DNA of 64,000 bases from an uncultured Methanomassiliicoccales archaeon (GTDB taxonomy: Archaea > Thermoplasmatota > Thermoplasmata > Methanomassiliicoccales > UBA472): NCBI GenBank assembly GCA_963755265.1, contig CAVWKV010000084.1:5157-69156 (forward strand). Reading direction: 5' to 3'. The notes beneath the pieces are model-generated. The model was not told where the DNA came from, ran no database searches, and saw only the letters and a list, made by a program, of their open reading frames with translations. Below, one piece after another: positions 1 through 8,835 of this stretch (its first letter is position 1; each line of letters opens with the position of its first letter). A program made the translations under genes and the position numbers.

Positions 1-87
1 GATGCACTCATCCTCAACGGTCTTCTTGTCTGGCTGCCTCTGGGACCCGGTGAACTCTCGCCCGTCATAAGCGATCATCACCGCAGC

Positions 88-1182
88 GTGCCAACCCATG
101 ATGACGTAGAGCCCCGAACTGATAATTATCATTACCGCCCCGGCAGTATTATGAGAGTTCCCGCCAATCATTCAGGGATGTCCCGAGGTGCAGGAGAGAC
201 ATTGAGGGAAACCGTTGACTGGCTAATGTCCTCGCAAGATCCTGCGGTTAGGCTTGCGGCCTTAAAGGATCTGGGCGGTTTATCAGAGACGGAGCCGGAC
301 GTGGTCAGGGCTGGTCAGGACTCCATGCGATCGGGGCCAATTCCAAGGATCTTGTCTTGGCAGAACCGAGAAGGCTTTTGGGGCATTGAGGAGAATTTTT
401 ACACCAATTCAAAATACAAGGGAACGGTCTGGAACGTCATTCTGCTAGCCCAGCTGGGAGCTGACGGATCAGACGATCGAATACGGTCTGCCGCCGAATT
501 CCTACTGAAATGGTCGCAGCATGAGAGTGGCGGATTCGGATACCGTGGATCTGCGGACGGGCCTACAGCCGACAGCCTACTTCCATGCCTGACTGGTAAC
601 CTGGTATGGTCGATGCTACGTTTCGGCATGAAAGACGATGCACGAGTCCAAAATGGCATTGAATGGATAGCAAGATACCAGCGTTTCGATGATAACGAAG
701 GACCGGCGCCAAGAGGATGGCCCCACACTAGGGAGGATTGCTGGGGCAGGCACACTTGCCATATGGGAGTGATCAAGGGCCTGAAGGCTATCTCGGCCGT
801 TCCAAAGGACGAACGATCGGTGGCTATGGAAAGGGTAGCCTCAGAAGGCGCGGAACATCTGCTCAAGCACCATCTATATAAACGGAGCCATGATGTAAAT
901 GCAATCGCAAAGCCGAGATGGACCCAGTTAGGATTTCCCCTCTTCTGGGATACCGATGCTTTGGAGATGCTCGAGGTGCTAACTGACCTTGGCTACCGGG
1001 ACGATAGGATGGATGACGCGATACAGTTAGTTCTGTCCAAACGTATGTCAAACGGAAAATGGAAAAACGAAAGGAGCTACGCAGGAAGGATCTTGACCAC
1101 CATTGAACGGCAGGGGGCTACGAGCCAGTGGGTCACCTTGAAATCCTTGGCCGTGCTTAAGAAGCTGGGCCGACTCGACTAG
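88..1182 (+). CDS. Prenyltransferase / terpene-cyclase-like (alpha-alpha toroid repeat) protein
   Basis: 364-aa ORF starting at GTG 88; in-frame ATGs at 151 and 178 are alternative starts. Recurrent aromatic-Gly repeats (QNREGFWG, HESGGFGY, SNGKWKNE) resemble squalene-cyclase/prenyltransferase repeats. Family call is by motif recall only. Confidence 0.5.
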   Translation: MPTHDDVEPRTDNYHYRPGSIMRVPANHSGMSRGAGETLRETVDWLMSSQDPAVRLAALKDLGGLSETEPDVVRAGQDSMRSGPIPRILSWQNREGFWGIEENFYTNSKYKGTVWNVILLAQLGADGSDDRIRSAAEFLLKWSQHESGGFGYRGSADGPTADSLLPCLTGNLVWSMLRFGMKDDARVQNGIEWIARYQRFDDNEGPAPRGWPHTREDCWGRHTCHMGVIKGLKAISAVPKDERSVAMERVASEGAEHLLKHHLYKRSHDVNAIAKPRWTQLGFPLFWDTDALEMLEVLTDLGYRDDRMDDAIQLVLSKRMSNGKWKNERSYAGRILTTIERQGATSQWVTLKSLAVLKKLGRLD

Positions 1183-1245
1183 AATGACGTCCCTTCCAGA
1201 AAACAATTATACCCAGGGTGGATTCGCTGAGCGAAGGATAATAAT

Positions 1246-1968
1246 ATGACCAGCTTCAGGATCGTCCTGGTAGAGCCTCAGACGGATGGGAACGTGGGAG
1301 CGATAGCCAGGTCGATGGGAAATTTCGGGTTCGACCGTTTGTTCATGATGAACCCATGCGAACTGACCGAAGAGGCGTACAAGAGGGCAAAGCATGGCGG
1401 AAATATCCTGAGAGGGGCAACTATCGTTTCCACCTTCGAAGAGGCGATCGCAGGCTGTTTCCTTATCGTCGGCACCAGTGGCATCATCACATATGGTGAC
1501 AAGAACTTCATTCGCATACCGATAACGCCCCGCGACCTGGCAGAAAGGACAAAGGAACAGGAAGATGAGGTTGCACTGGTCTTTGGCAGGGAGGACATCG
1601 GGCTCACACAGGAACAGTTGGCGAAATGTGATATCCTGGTCAACATACCTTCGAACGAGGAATACCCGACCCTCAACCTCTCGCATGCGGCCACGATCCT
1701 GATGTATGAGATTTTCGCCAGTCACGGGAAACCGAGCAATCCGAAGAAGGCGACCGAGGCCGAAAAAGAGAAGTTGTTCGAGTTCTTCGACTCTTTGCTC
1801 GATGCGATCGAATATCCAGACCATCGCAGGGAAAAGACCAGCGTAATGTTCCGAAGGATGATGGGCCGAGCGGTCCCGACCAGCTGGGAGTTCCATACCA
1901 TCATGGGCGTGATCGGTGATGCTGCAAAGAAAATCGAGCGACTCGAGAAAGCGGAAAATAAAAAGTAA
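1246..1968 (+). CDS. trmJ: SpoU/TrmH-family tRNA (cytidine/uridine-2'-O-)-methyltransferase, TrmJ-like
   Basis: 240-aa ORF. N-terminal RIVLVEPQTDGNVGAIARSMGNFGF and C-terminal SPOUT knot motifs (LVFGREDIGL, NLSHAATILMYEI) are typical of TrmJ. Confidence 0.75.
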   Translation: MTSFRIVLVEPQTDGNVGAIARSMGNFGFDRLFMMNPCELTEEAYKRAKHGGNILRGATIVSTFEEAIAGCFLIVGTSGIITYGDKNFIRIPITPRDLAERTKEQEDEVALVFGREDIGLTQEQLAKCDILVNIPSNEEYPTLNLSHAATILMYEIFASHGKPSNPKKATEAEKEKLFEFFDSLLDAIEYPDHRREKTSVMFRRMMGRAVPTSWEFHTIMGVIGDAAKKIERLEKAENKK

Positions 1969-1973
1969 GATTA

Positions 1974-2993
1974 CTAGCGCCTGTATTTGCCCAGCACAAC
2001 GTTGATGTCATCCATCGATTCAGCAGCTGGATTCAGCTCGGAGATGCCGGTGACCAGCGCAATCAACCTTATCGTTTCGTTATCGTCCTCCACTGTTCTG
2101 ACGCCGAACTTGACGTTGGCGTCAACGTCGAGCTGTTCAGTGAGGCCCTCTACGATGCGGTGAACGCGCCTGAGGGTCAGGCTGCTGCCGCCGGAAATAT
2201 GTATCAACGCGCCGGTCCCGCCTTTGATGTCAATGTCCAGCAGCGGATTCTGGACTGCGTCACGGACGACACCTTCCGGATCGGCGTTCTCCGCATAGAG
2301 GAGCGTCGATATCCCACCATGCTTGATGATCGTCCTTAGGTCCGCGAAATCGAGGTTGATCAATGAAGGTTTGGTCAACGCATCGACCAGTCCCTTGATG
2401 AGCTCGGAGACGAGGGCGTCCATGACCCCCAGGGCCTGGTTCATGGGCAGGTTGTCCACCATCTGCATTAGGCGGTTGTTGTCCAAGACCAGCACCGTGT
2501 TGGAATATTCATTGAGCCGCTTAAGACCGATCATTGCGTTACGACGCCTGGTCCCGGACTCGATCTTGAACGGCATGGTGGCAATCGATATGACTATGGA
2601 GCCGGCCTTCTGCGCAAACTCAGCGATGACTGGCGCGGCCCCGGTGCCGGTGCCTCCGCCCATTCCAGTTATGATGAATGTAAGATCGACATCATTGAAC
2701 ATCTCGCAGAACAGGTTAGCACAATTACGTGCGCATTGTTCGCCGACCTCGGGAAGGCCCCCTGCACCAAGACCGTGGGTATAGTTAGCTCCGATAAGCA
2801 CGCGGTTCTCGCAGCGTGTCTCCTTCAGACTGCGCTGGTCGGTGTTGATGGCTATGGTTATAGCTGACTCTAGGCCGATCTTGTTCAGCCTGGTGATGCT
2901 GTTACACCCGCCGCCACCACAACCCACGACGAGTATCTTCAAGTCAGGAGCGTCGATGCCTGACTGATCGTCCCATCCCGAGCCAATCCCCAT
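1974..2993 (-). CDS. ftsZ2: FtsZ-family tubulin-like GTPase, divergent paralog (FtsZ2-like)
   Basis: 339-aa ORF with GCGGGGCNSITR, GLGAGGLPEVG, the tubulin signature [13 protein letters not shown] and T7-loop NLDFADLRT. It lies 28 bp downstream of an RHH gene, matching the cdrS-ftsZ2 synteny reported in Euryarchaeota. It is much more divergent than the two FtsZ copies at 7139 and 8836. Confidence 0.8.
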   Translation of the reverse strand: MGIGSGWDDQSGIDAPDLKILVVGCGGGGCNSITRLNKIGLESAITIAINTDQRSLKETRCENRVLIGANYTHGLGAGGLPEVGEQCARNCANLFCEMFNDVDLTFIITGMGGGTGTGAAPVIAEFAQKAGSIVISIATMPFKIESGTRRRNAMIGLKRLNEYSNTVLVLDNNRLMQMVDNLPMNQALGVMDALVSELIKGLVDALTKPSLINLDFADLRTIIKHGGISTLLYAENADPEGVVRDAVQNPLLDIDIKGGTGALIHISGGSSLTLRRVHRIVEGLTEQLDVDANVKFGVRTVEDDNETIRLIALVTGISELNPAAESMDDINVVLGKYRR

Positions 2994-3021
2994 CTCGATT
3001 ACCTCAAGGGGAGCGTGTCCG

Positions 3022-3333
3022 TCACTTCAACTCGCTGACCGCCTTCTCCAGGCGCATCCTCACATATTCCCTGACAGCGTTCCTAATGGCATCGTCTATC
3101 GATACCGAGTCCCCGTCCTTTACGAGCGCCTCCAGCTCTATTATCTTGGTCTTAGGGAGTTCCACGGTGACCCTCTCGATGTACTCAGGCGTGAAATGCG
3201 TTTCGACGAAGGTGTCGATCGCCGCCCTTATCGCATCGGAGATGGTCGGGTACTTGCCGGCGTCCACCAGTGACTGTAATGCCTGTAGCTTCTCGGCAGG
3301 AATCCTGACCGTAATCCTTTCGCTGTCGACCAT
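3022..3333 (-). CDS. Tandem ribbon-helix-helix (CopG/CdrS-like) DNA-binding protein
   Basis: 103-aa ORF containing two RHH modules in one chain (ERITVRIPAEKLQALQSLVDAGKYPTISDAIRAAIDTFV and ERVTVELPKTKIIELEALVKDGDSVSIDDAIRNAVREYV). It lies immediately upstream of ftsZ2 on the same strand. Confidence 0.75.
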   Translation of the reverse strand: MVDSERITVRIPAEKLQALQSLVDAGKYPTISDAIRAAIDTFVETHFTPEYIERVTVELPKTKIIELEALVKDGDSVSIDDAIRNAVREYVRMRLEKAVSELK

Positions 3334-3431
3334 GACACAACTCTTATCCCGTTGAATTGTCTGACGCTTTTTGCCAAAACGTCTGACAAATTGGATGATT
3401 CACTTGAGAATATATAAAAGTTGGCGAATCC

Positions 3432-3454
3432 CTGCATTGTTTACTTGGTGTTGG
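3432..3454. repeat. Left terminal inverted repeat CTGCATTGTTTACTTGGTGTTGG (TSD CGAATCC at 3425-3431)
   Basis: Exact reverse complement of 5435-5457, read directly from the sequence. Confidence 0.9.
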
Positions 3455-3553
3455 TATTGAGGTGGATGAATGTCCGACATTTTAATTCATTTCTAACCCT
3501 AGAAAACGAAGGATTATATTGCAGACTAATGACGACATTTTCTAAATATTGCT

Positions 3554-5058
3554 TCAATGATCAATAAGAAACGATTGAAGGTTGCTGGTAGTCTTCTTTG
3601 GATTTTTCGCCTTTGGAGCTTTAACATAAGTAGTATTGGTCGCTTTTGATAAAACGGACAGAGGGCATTTTATTCTCTCTCCGTTTAACAGTTGCTCAAC
3701 CGTTAGCAACTGCATTCTTGGATATTTCGGATTGCCAAGCTCTCTAGACGTGTAGAATCCAGCTTCTGCGGCTTCCGTTTTCATCGGTCCAGTCGATTCA
3801 TGCATTGAAATCAGGACTCCAATCGATGCTTTGTCTCTTTCAACCACTCCACGAAGATCACGGACATAGGATGCTGTTACGTTTCCTGCCTTCACAGAAA
3901 TGAGGATTTGTTCCTCCTTGCCCCTTTCAACGAAGAAATAGAGCCGCCCATCAATGCCTTTGTCAGCACCTTTCTTCTCTTCCTCTGGTCGAGCACCAAC
4001 CAATCCAAGTGCCCACCATTGAAATTGATAAGGGTCCTGTTTTGCGAGAGCTTCCGCATCGCTAACTGAAACTGGTTCTCCTATCACCTGATACACAGCC
4101 TTGCTTCCGAAGGCATCCCCGAGCCTATGCCTCATCAACGTAATCGCTAAATGGGTTATATCTATTCCAATCCAACTTCGCTCCAATCTCTGAGCCACCA
4201 TTACCGTCGTTCCGCATCCACAGAATGGATCGAGTACGACATCGCCTGGGCGACTACTTGCCATGATAATCCTCTCCAACAACTTCTCAGGCTTTTGAGT
4301 AGGATACCCTATTTTTTCCGGTGACGCTGGCTGGAGGCAAGGAATTCGCCAAACGTTATCGATTGTTCTATCAGTCTTGATTTGATACATTACATGACCT
4401 TCTTCGTCCTTCGCATTGACCATTTTGCCTTCGACTTTCTTTCTCTTGAGTTGCTTTATTGGTTCATCGCGTTGCTCCTTTAACTGTTGGAATAAAAAGT
4501 CAGAATGGACATCTTTGACATAGAATAGAATCGAGTCAGTCGCGTGGGGAAATAACTTCTTTCTGCTATCGTGCATTTTATTATAATAATACCAATGAAT
4601 CTCATTTCTGAAATTTTCGGGGCCGAAGATTGAATCCATCAGTATCTTGAGGTAATGGCTCGCTGTGGAATCACAATGCAAATAGATTGATCCGGTTGTT
4701 TTCAACGCCCTTCGGAACTCGCTTAGTCTAGGGGCCATCATAACAATATATGCCATCATGTCGCTTGGACCAAGTAGTTTATGAAAGGCAGTCATTGTTT
4801 GGGCAATCTCCCCCCCCCCCCTTCGACTAAATTTTCGTAGGCAAGCGAGGCTTGCAGGTCCCACGTCCAAGTATCTTCGAACGCCTTGATTTGAGATTGA
4901 GCCTGTGAGCCGTTCTTCTCTTCGAAAAGCACATTATAGTCTTGCTGGCTCTTGAAAGGAGGGTCAAGATAGATGAGGTCTATGCTTTCATCATCAATGT
5001 AACGTCTGAGAATCTCTAGATTGTCTCCATAATAGAGCGTATTCTTTATCTCAGACAT
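3554..5058 (-). pseudogene. Beta-class N6/N4 DNA methyltransferase fused to a C-terminal Mrr_cat-like nuclease domain, frameshifted in a G12 tract
   Basis: The N-terminal piece (ORF 4792-5163; likely start MSEIKN at 5058) has motif IV LDPPF. The C-terminal piece (ORF 3554-4870) has the SAM motif [10 protein letters not shown] and an Mrr-like tail ([12 protein letters not shown]...ISVKAGN...GVLIS). The two frames meet in the homopolymer at 4810-4821; 10 or 13 G would restore a single ORF of about 500 aa. Confidence 0.8.
4810..4821. repeat. C12 (G12 on the coding strand) homopolymer inside the methyltransferase gene
   Basis: Twelve consecutive C counted on the + strand. This is the exact point where the reading frame switches. 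Confidence 0.9.
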
Positions 5059-5434
5059 AGTACCACAAAGGGGACATATAGCTATCTGATATTCTTCTTT
5101 TCCTATTATTATCACACTTGGTATTCGGTGCGAAATGGCATAGTCCACACCAATAGGGTGCAAGAACGAGTTAAACTGTAAAACTCATATTTGCCCATTG
5201 TATCAGATCCCCCCACCCGTTCTCTATCGGCAGCTCCAGACCCGCCTTCCTTGCTCTGTCCGCCTTTACCACCTTTCGCCATTATTTACACCTGAAGTAT
5301 TGCTAGTCTATTCGGATTAATAAAACGTGCCTTAAGAGTCCATAGAATAGAATTTGCAATCAAAATCAACTAGATACTGGCTACTATTTTGTCAGCCAAA
5401 ATGTCACAATACATCCATCGGTTGAATGATTGGA

Positions 5435-5457
5435 CCAACACCAAGTAAACAATGCAG
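5435..5457. repeat. Right terminal inverted repeat CCAACACCAAGTAAACAATGCAG (TSD CGAATCC at 5458-5464)
   Basis: Exact reverse complement of 3432-3454, read directly from the sequence. Confidence 0.9.
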
Positions 5458-5806
5458 CGAATCCCTGAGAGCCTGACCCCTTCAACCGTGTTAGATATCT
5501 GGTCTTGTGCCAATCGGGAATGGTTTCGTTATTTGACACCTCGGATGTGGCAACAGTTACTAATAATGCTTCATGGCCCTCACGTCTCTCTGAAGTTATG
5601 TACATTCGACCCGCCTACATTGTTATAAACATGCGCGGCAGGAGGTCCATATGCCCCCAAACATTGTTTAGGAGGACGATACTCCGAAGGTCTTCCGTTT
5701 GCTCTTAACTCTGAGAAAGCGTGGGCACAGGTGCTAAAAGGGCGAAGGATAATGACGCTCCCGTGAGCAAGATGACCGATGAGTTCAGGGCGGTGAGCCA
5801 TCTACG

Positions 5807-6667
5807 TTGAAAATCGACTTCCCCATACTGGACAATCACCTTCATCTGCAGCCGAAAGGCCGTAATGTCGAGGCGATCAAAGAATTCGAGAAGGCAGGTG
5901 GAACTCATGCCATCCTGAGCCATATGCCCTACGATGAGCTCAAGATAACCTGTGGGGCCGATTTCGAACGTTCGTACCGTATCACCATGGGCACGGCCGA
6001 ACGCTGCAACCGCGAATCCGGAGTGGGAGTGTTCGTGACGTTGGGCCCATATCCGGTCCTGCTCATAGACCTGGCCAAGGAGCATGGGCTGGAGGCCGCG
6101 ACACAGATGATGATAGAGGGAATGGAATCGGCGGCCAGACTTGTCAAGGAAGGAAATGCAATAGCCATCGGCGAGGTCGGAAGGCCGCATTTTGACGTCC
6201 CGCCGGAGATCATGGCGGCATCCAATGACATCCTCCGCTACGGCATGTCCCTGGCCAAAGAGGTTTCTTGTCCAATTGTAATTCATGCCGAGACGGCGAC
6301 TCCAGAGACCATGGAGGATCTTGGGCAAATGGCTGACTCGGTAGGACTGGACCGGGGCAAGGTGGTCAAGCACTTTTCTCCTCCTTTGGTGTTGGAAGAG
6401 GAGAACCGAGGACTGATGGCGTCGGTCCTGGCCTCGAGGAGCAACATCCAGGAAGCATTCGGCAAAGGGGACCGCTTCTTCCTGGAGACCGATTTCATGG
6501 ACGAGCCGACCCGCCCGGGAGCGGTATTACCCATCGATACAGTGCCAAAAAGGATCAAAGGATTGGCGCAGTCGGGCATCGCTACATCAGAACTGATCGA
6601 GACCATCTGGAAGGTCAACAGGGATAATCCGAAAAGAGTATACGGGATCGATCTAGAAAGAGCCTGA
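5807..6667 (+). CDS. TatD-family metal-dependent hydrolase
   Basis: 286-aa ORF with N-terminal DNHLHLQP and later EVGRPHF and VIHAE, matching TatD/amidohydrolase metal ligands. Confidence 0.6.
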   Translation: MKIDFPILDNHLHLQPKGRNVEAIKEFEKAGGTHAILSHMPYDELKITCGADFERSYRITMGTAERCNRESGVGVFVTLGPYPVLLIDLAKEHGLEAATQMMIEGMESAARLVKEGNAIAIGEVGRPHFDVPPEIMAASNDILRYGMSLAKEVSCPIVIHAETATPETMEDLGQMADSVGLDRGKVVKHFSPPLVLEEENRGLMASVLASRSNIQEAFGKGDRFFLETDFMDEPTRPGAVLPIDTVPKRIKGLAQSGIATSELIETIWKVNRDNPKRVYGIDLERA

Positions 6668-6670
6668 ACA

Positions 6671-6961
6671 TCACCGGATCACGAACTGATCATACTGGTC
6701 CTGGCATGACGACCATATGATGTCGATCTTGTCCACGTGGGCGAAAGGGTGCTCATCCCTGAGCATCCGGATCACCTCTTCGATGTTCTCCTTCTCACCC
6801 TCGAACATCGCTTCGACGGTGCCGTCGGGCAGGTTCTTGACCCATCCGTTGACGCCTCTCCTGCGGGCGAACCTTCGGGTATAGTCACGGAAATGGACGC
6901 CCTGGACCCTTCCTCTGAAGATCGCTTCCGCACGGACTTTCATTGAATGTCGACCTTGCAT
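6671..6961 (-). CDS. acyP: Acylphosphatase
   Basis: 96-aa ORF with FRGRVQGVHFRDYTRRFARRRGVNGWVKNLPDGTVEAMFEG, which matches the acylphosphatase signatures. The start may be the internal MKVRAE at 6943. Confidence 0.8.
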   Translation of the reverse strand: MQGRHSMKVRAEAIFRGRVQGVHFRDYTRRFARRRGVNGWVKNLPDGTVEAMFEGEKENIEEVIRMLRDEHPFAHVDKIDIIWSSCQDQYDQFVIR

Positions 6962-7138
6962 TGCTCTATCTCTTCTTGATTTTTACATTTTCTTGTCGAT
7001 GGGCGTTCCGGCGGTAGGTCAACTCAAACAAACCTATCTTTTCGCCTGGCAATAAAACCCCGATATGATTTTTATAATCCGTCACCATATGGGGAGCAGT
7101 ATTAGTGGTCACTTTAGGCTATCAGGAAGGGAAATGGG

Positions 7139-8272
7139 ATGTTGAAATCATTAGTGGAGGATGCACTGGCCAGGGACGAAACGCCCATGCCAAGGTTCGA
7201 GCAAGCGCCGGCGGCTCAGCCGGCCTTCAAGCAGGCAGAGGACGCGGACGCAGAACTCATAGCGATTCTGCAAACACTGAGGACCAACATTAAAATCATC
7301 GGTGTCGGAGGGGGCGGTTCCAACACCATTAACCGCATCTACGACGAACAGATCGTTGGAGCCGAGACATACGCGGCGAACACGGACGCACAACACCTGC
7401 TGATGGTCCGGGCCCAGCACAAGATCCTCCTTGGCAGGAGGAGCACCCGCGGACTCGGCGCTGGAGCGTTGCCGCAAGCCGGGGAGCAAGCGGCCCAAGA
7501 GGCCGAGCAGGAAGTACGCAAGGCAGTTCAGGACGCGAACATCGTCTTTGTCACCGCGGGAATGGGCGGAGGCACTGGGACAGGCGCAGCGGCCGTCGTG
7601 GCCGGAATCGCCAAGGACGCTGGGGCTTTAACCATCGCCGTTACGACCACGCCGTTCAAGGGCGAAGGCAAGATGAGGATGGAGAATGCGGAGTGGGGCC
7701 TGGAAAGGCTCAGGAACTCTGCCGATACTGTTATCGTTATCCCGAACGACAAACTGCTGGAACTTTATCCCAGACTGTCTCTGAACCAAGCCTTCAAGGT
7801 AGCGGACGAGGTCCTGACCAGGGCCATTAAGGGCATCACCGAGCTCATCACTAAACCGGGATTGGTCAATCTCGACTTCAACGACCTGCGCACAATCATG
7901 AAGGGCGCTGGCGTGGCCATGATCGGAATGGGAGAGTCCACCGGTCATGTCGAGGATAGGGCACTGGAGGCAATCCAGATGGCCCTCAACTCCCCTCTGC
8001 TCGAGGTTGACATAAGCAGTGCGAATGGTGTCCTGGTCAACGTCGTCGGCGGTCCAGACATGACCATCGGGGACGCTCAGAAGGTAGCTGAGGAAGTTCA
8101 GAAGCGCGTAAGCCCCAATGCAAGGATCATTTGGGGTGCAGGCGTCGATCCCGCGCTGGAGCACAAGATCCGGGTTATGGTTGTCATCGCCGGAGTGCAC
8201 TCCAAGCAAATCCTCGGCAAGTCAAATGAGCAGGCGAAGCTCAAGGGCTCCGAGGTCGACTTCATAAAGTAA
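7139..8272 (+). CDS. ftsZ1: Cell division protein FtsZ (FtsZ1-type), upstream copy of a tandem pair
   Basis: 377-aa ORF with [45 protein letters not shown] and a conserved C-terminal VDFIK. By eye about 70% identical to the 8836 copy. Confidence 0.9.
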   Translation: MLKSLVEDALARDETPMPRFEQAPAAQPAFKQAEDADAELIAILQTLRTNIKIIGVGGGGSNTINRIYDEQIVGAETYAANTDAQHLLMVRAQHKILLGRRSTRGLGAGALPQAGEQAAQEAEQEVRKAVQDANIVFVTAGMGGGTGTGAAAVVAGIAKDAGALTIAVTTTPFKGEGKMRMENAEWGLERLRNSADTVIVIPNDKLLELYPRLSLNQAFKVADEVLTRAIKGITELITKPGLVNLDFNDLRTIMKGAGVAMIGMGESTGHVEDRALEAIQMALNSPLLEVDISSANGVLVNVVGGPDMTIGDAQKVAEEVQKRVSPNARIIWGAGVDPALEHKIRVMVVIAGVHSKQILGKSNEQAKLKGSEVDFIK

Positions 8273-8309
8273 AGCCGTACCTCGGCTGTGAAACCTTTTC
8301 CCTATTCTT

Positions 8310-8534
8310 CTATCGTCTTTCTTTCATGTCGAACAAGAATACGTCCTCGATCCGAACCTTGAAGAACCGGGATATTTTGAACGCAAGTTCGAGTGACGGA
8401 TCGAATTTCTCGTTCTCTATGCAGATGATCGTCTGCCGGCTCACGCCGATCTTCTCAGCAAGCTCGGCTTGGGTCATATTGGTCAAGGCCCGGTATACAC
8501 GCACGTTATTTTTCATTGGTTCACACAGGGACAA
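8310..8534 (-). CDS. Small XRE-family helix-turn-helix transcriptional regulator
   Basis: 74-aa ORF (start possibly MKNNV at 8516). MTQAELAEKIGVSRQTIICIENEKFDPSLELAFKISRFF is a canonical Cro/C1 HTH. Confidence 0.8.
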   Translation of the reverse strand: MSLCEPMKNNVRVYRALTNMTQAELAEKIGVSRQTIICIENEKFDPSLELAFKISRFFKVRIEDVFLFDMKERR

Positions 8535-8835
8535 TATTATCGATGATGTAGTGAGTTATGTACATAATGATATTTTTACATTACTTATTGTCATAGCTTG
8601 ATATCTTTTAGTGAATAATACTTTACATGAATGCCCAAGATTCTTCAATAATCGAACGACAAACTTAATACAATTCGGCATCCAGATACTATTTTTATGT
8701 TGATTGAAAACACAAAGAAAATTAGAATATATCTACAATATCACCGAAATGTTTTATACACACAACGCCCCTAACGACTATCAACCATCCACTGCCAGCG
8801 AGGCTGAAGTGGTCATATCGAAGGAGGAGTTCATC

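Larger units (their letters stand above)
3432..5457. mobile_element. TIR-bounded, TSD-flanked 2.0-kb cassette carrying a DNA methyltransferase gene; no transposase visible
   Basis: Perfect 23-bp terminal inverted repeats at 3432-3454 and 5435-5457. A 7-bp direct repeat CGAATCC abuts both ends (3425-3431 and 5458-5464). The interior is visibly AT-richer than the flanks. Confidence 0.8.

Noticed and set aside
3228-3437. ORFs spanning the cassette boundaries (3228-3437 minus and 5384-5605 minus), considered as possible element-encoded proteins.
   Set aside because: Each crosses a TIR/TSD junction into host sequence, is short and has no motifs. They are most likely chance ORFs created by the insertion.
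8535-8835. The AT-rich ~300-bp spacer between the XRE gene and the second ftsZ, considered as a possible origin or mobile-element scar.
   Set aside because: I could find no repeats, TIRs or ORB motifs. It is adequately explained as a divergent promoter region plus the 5' part of an over-extended ORF call (8704-8835).
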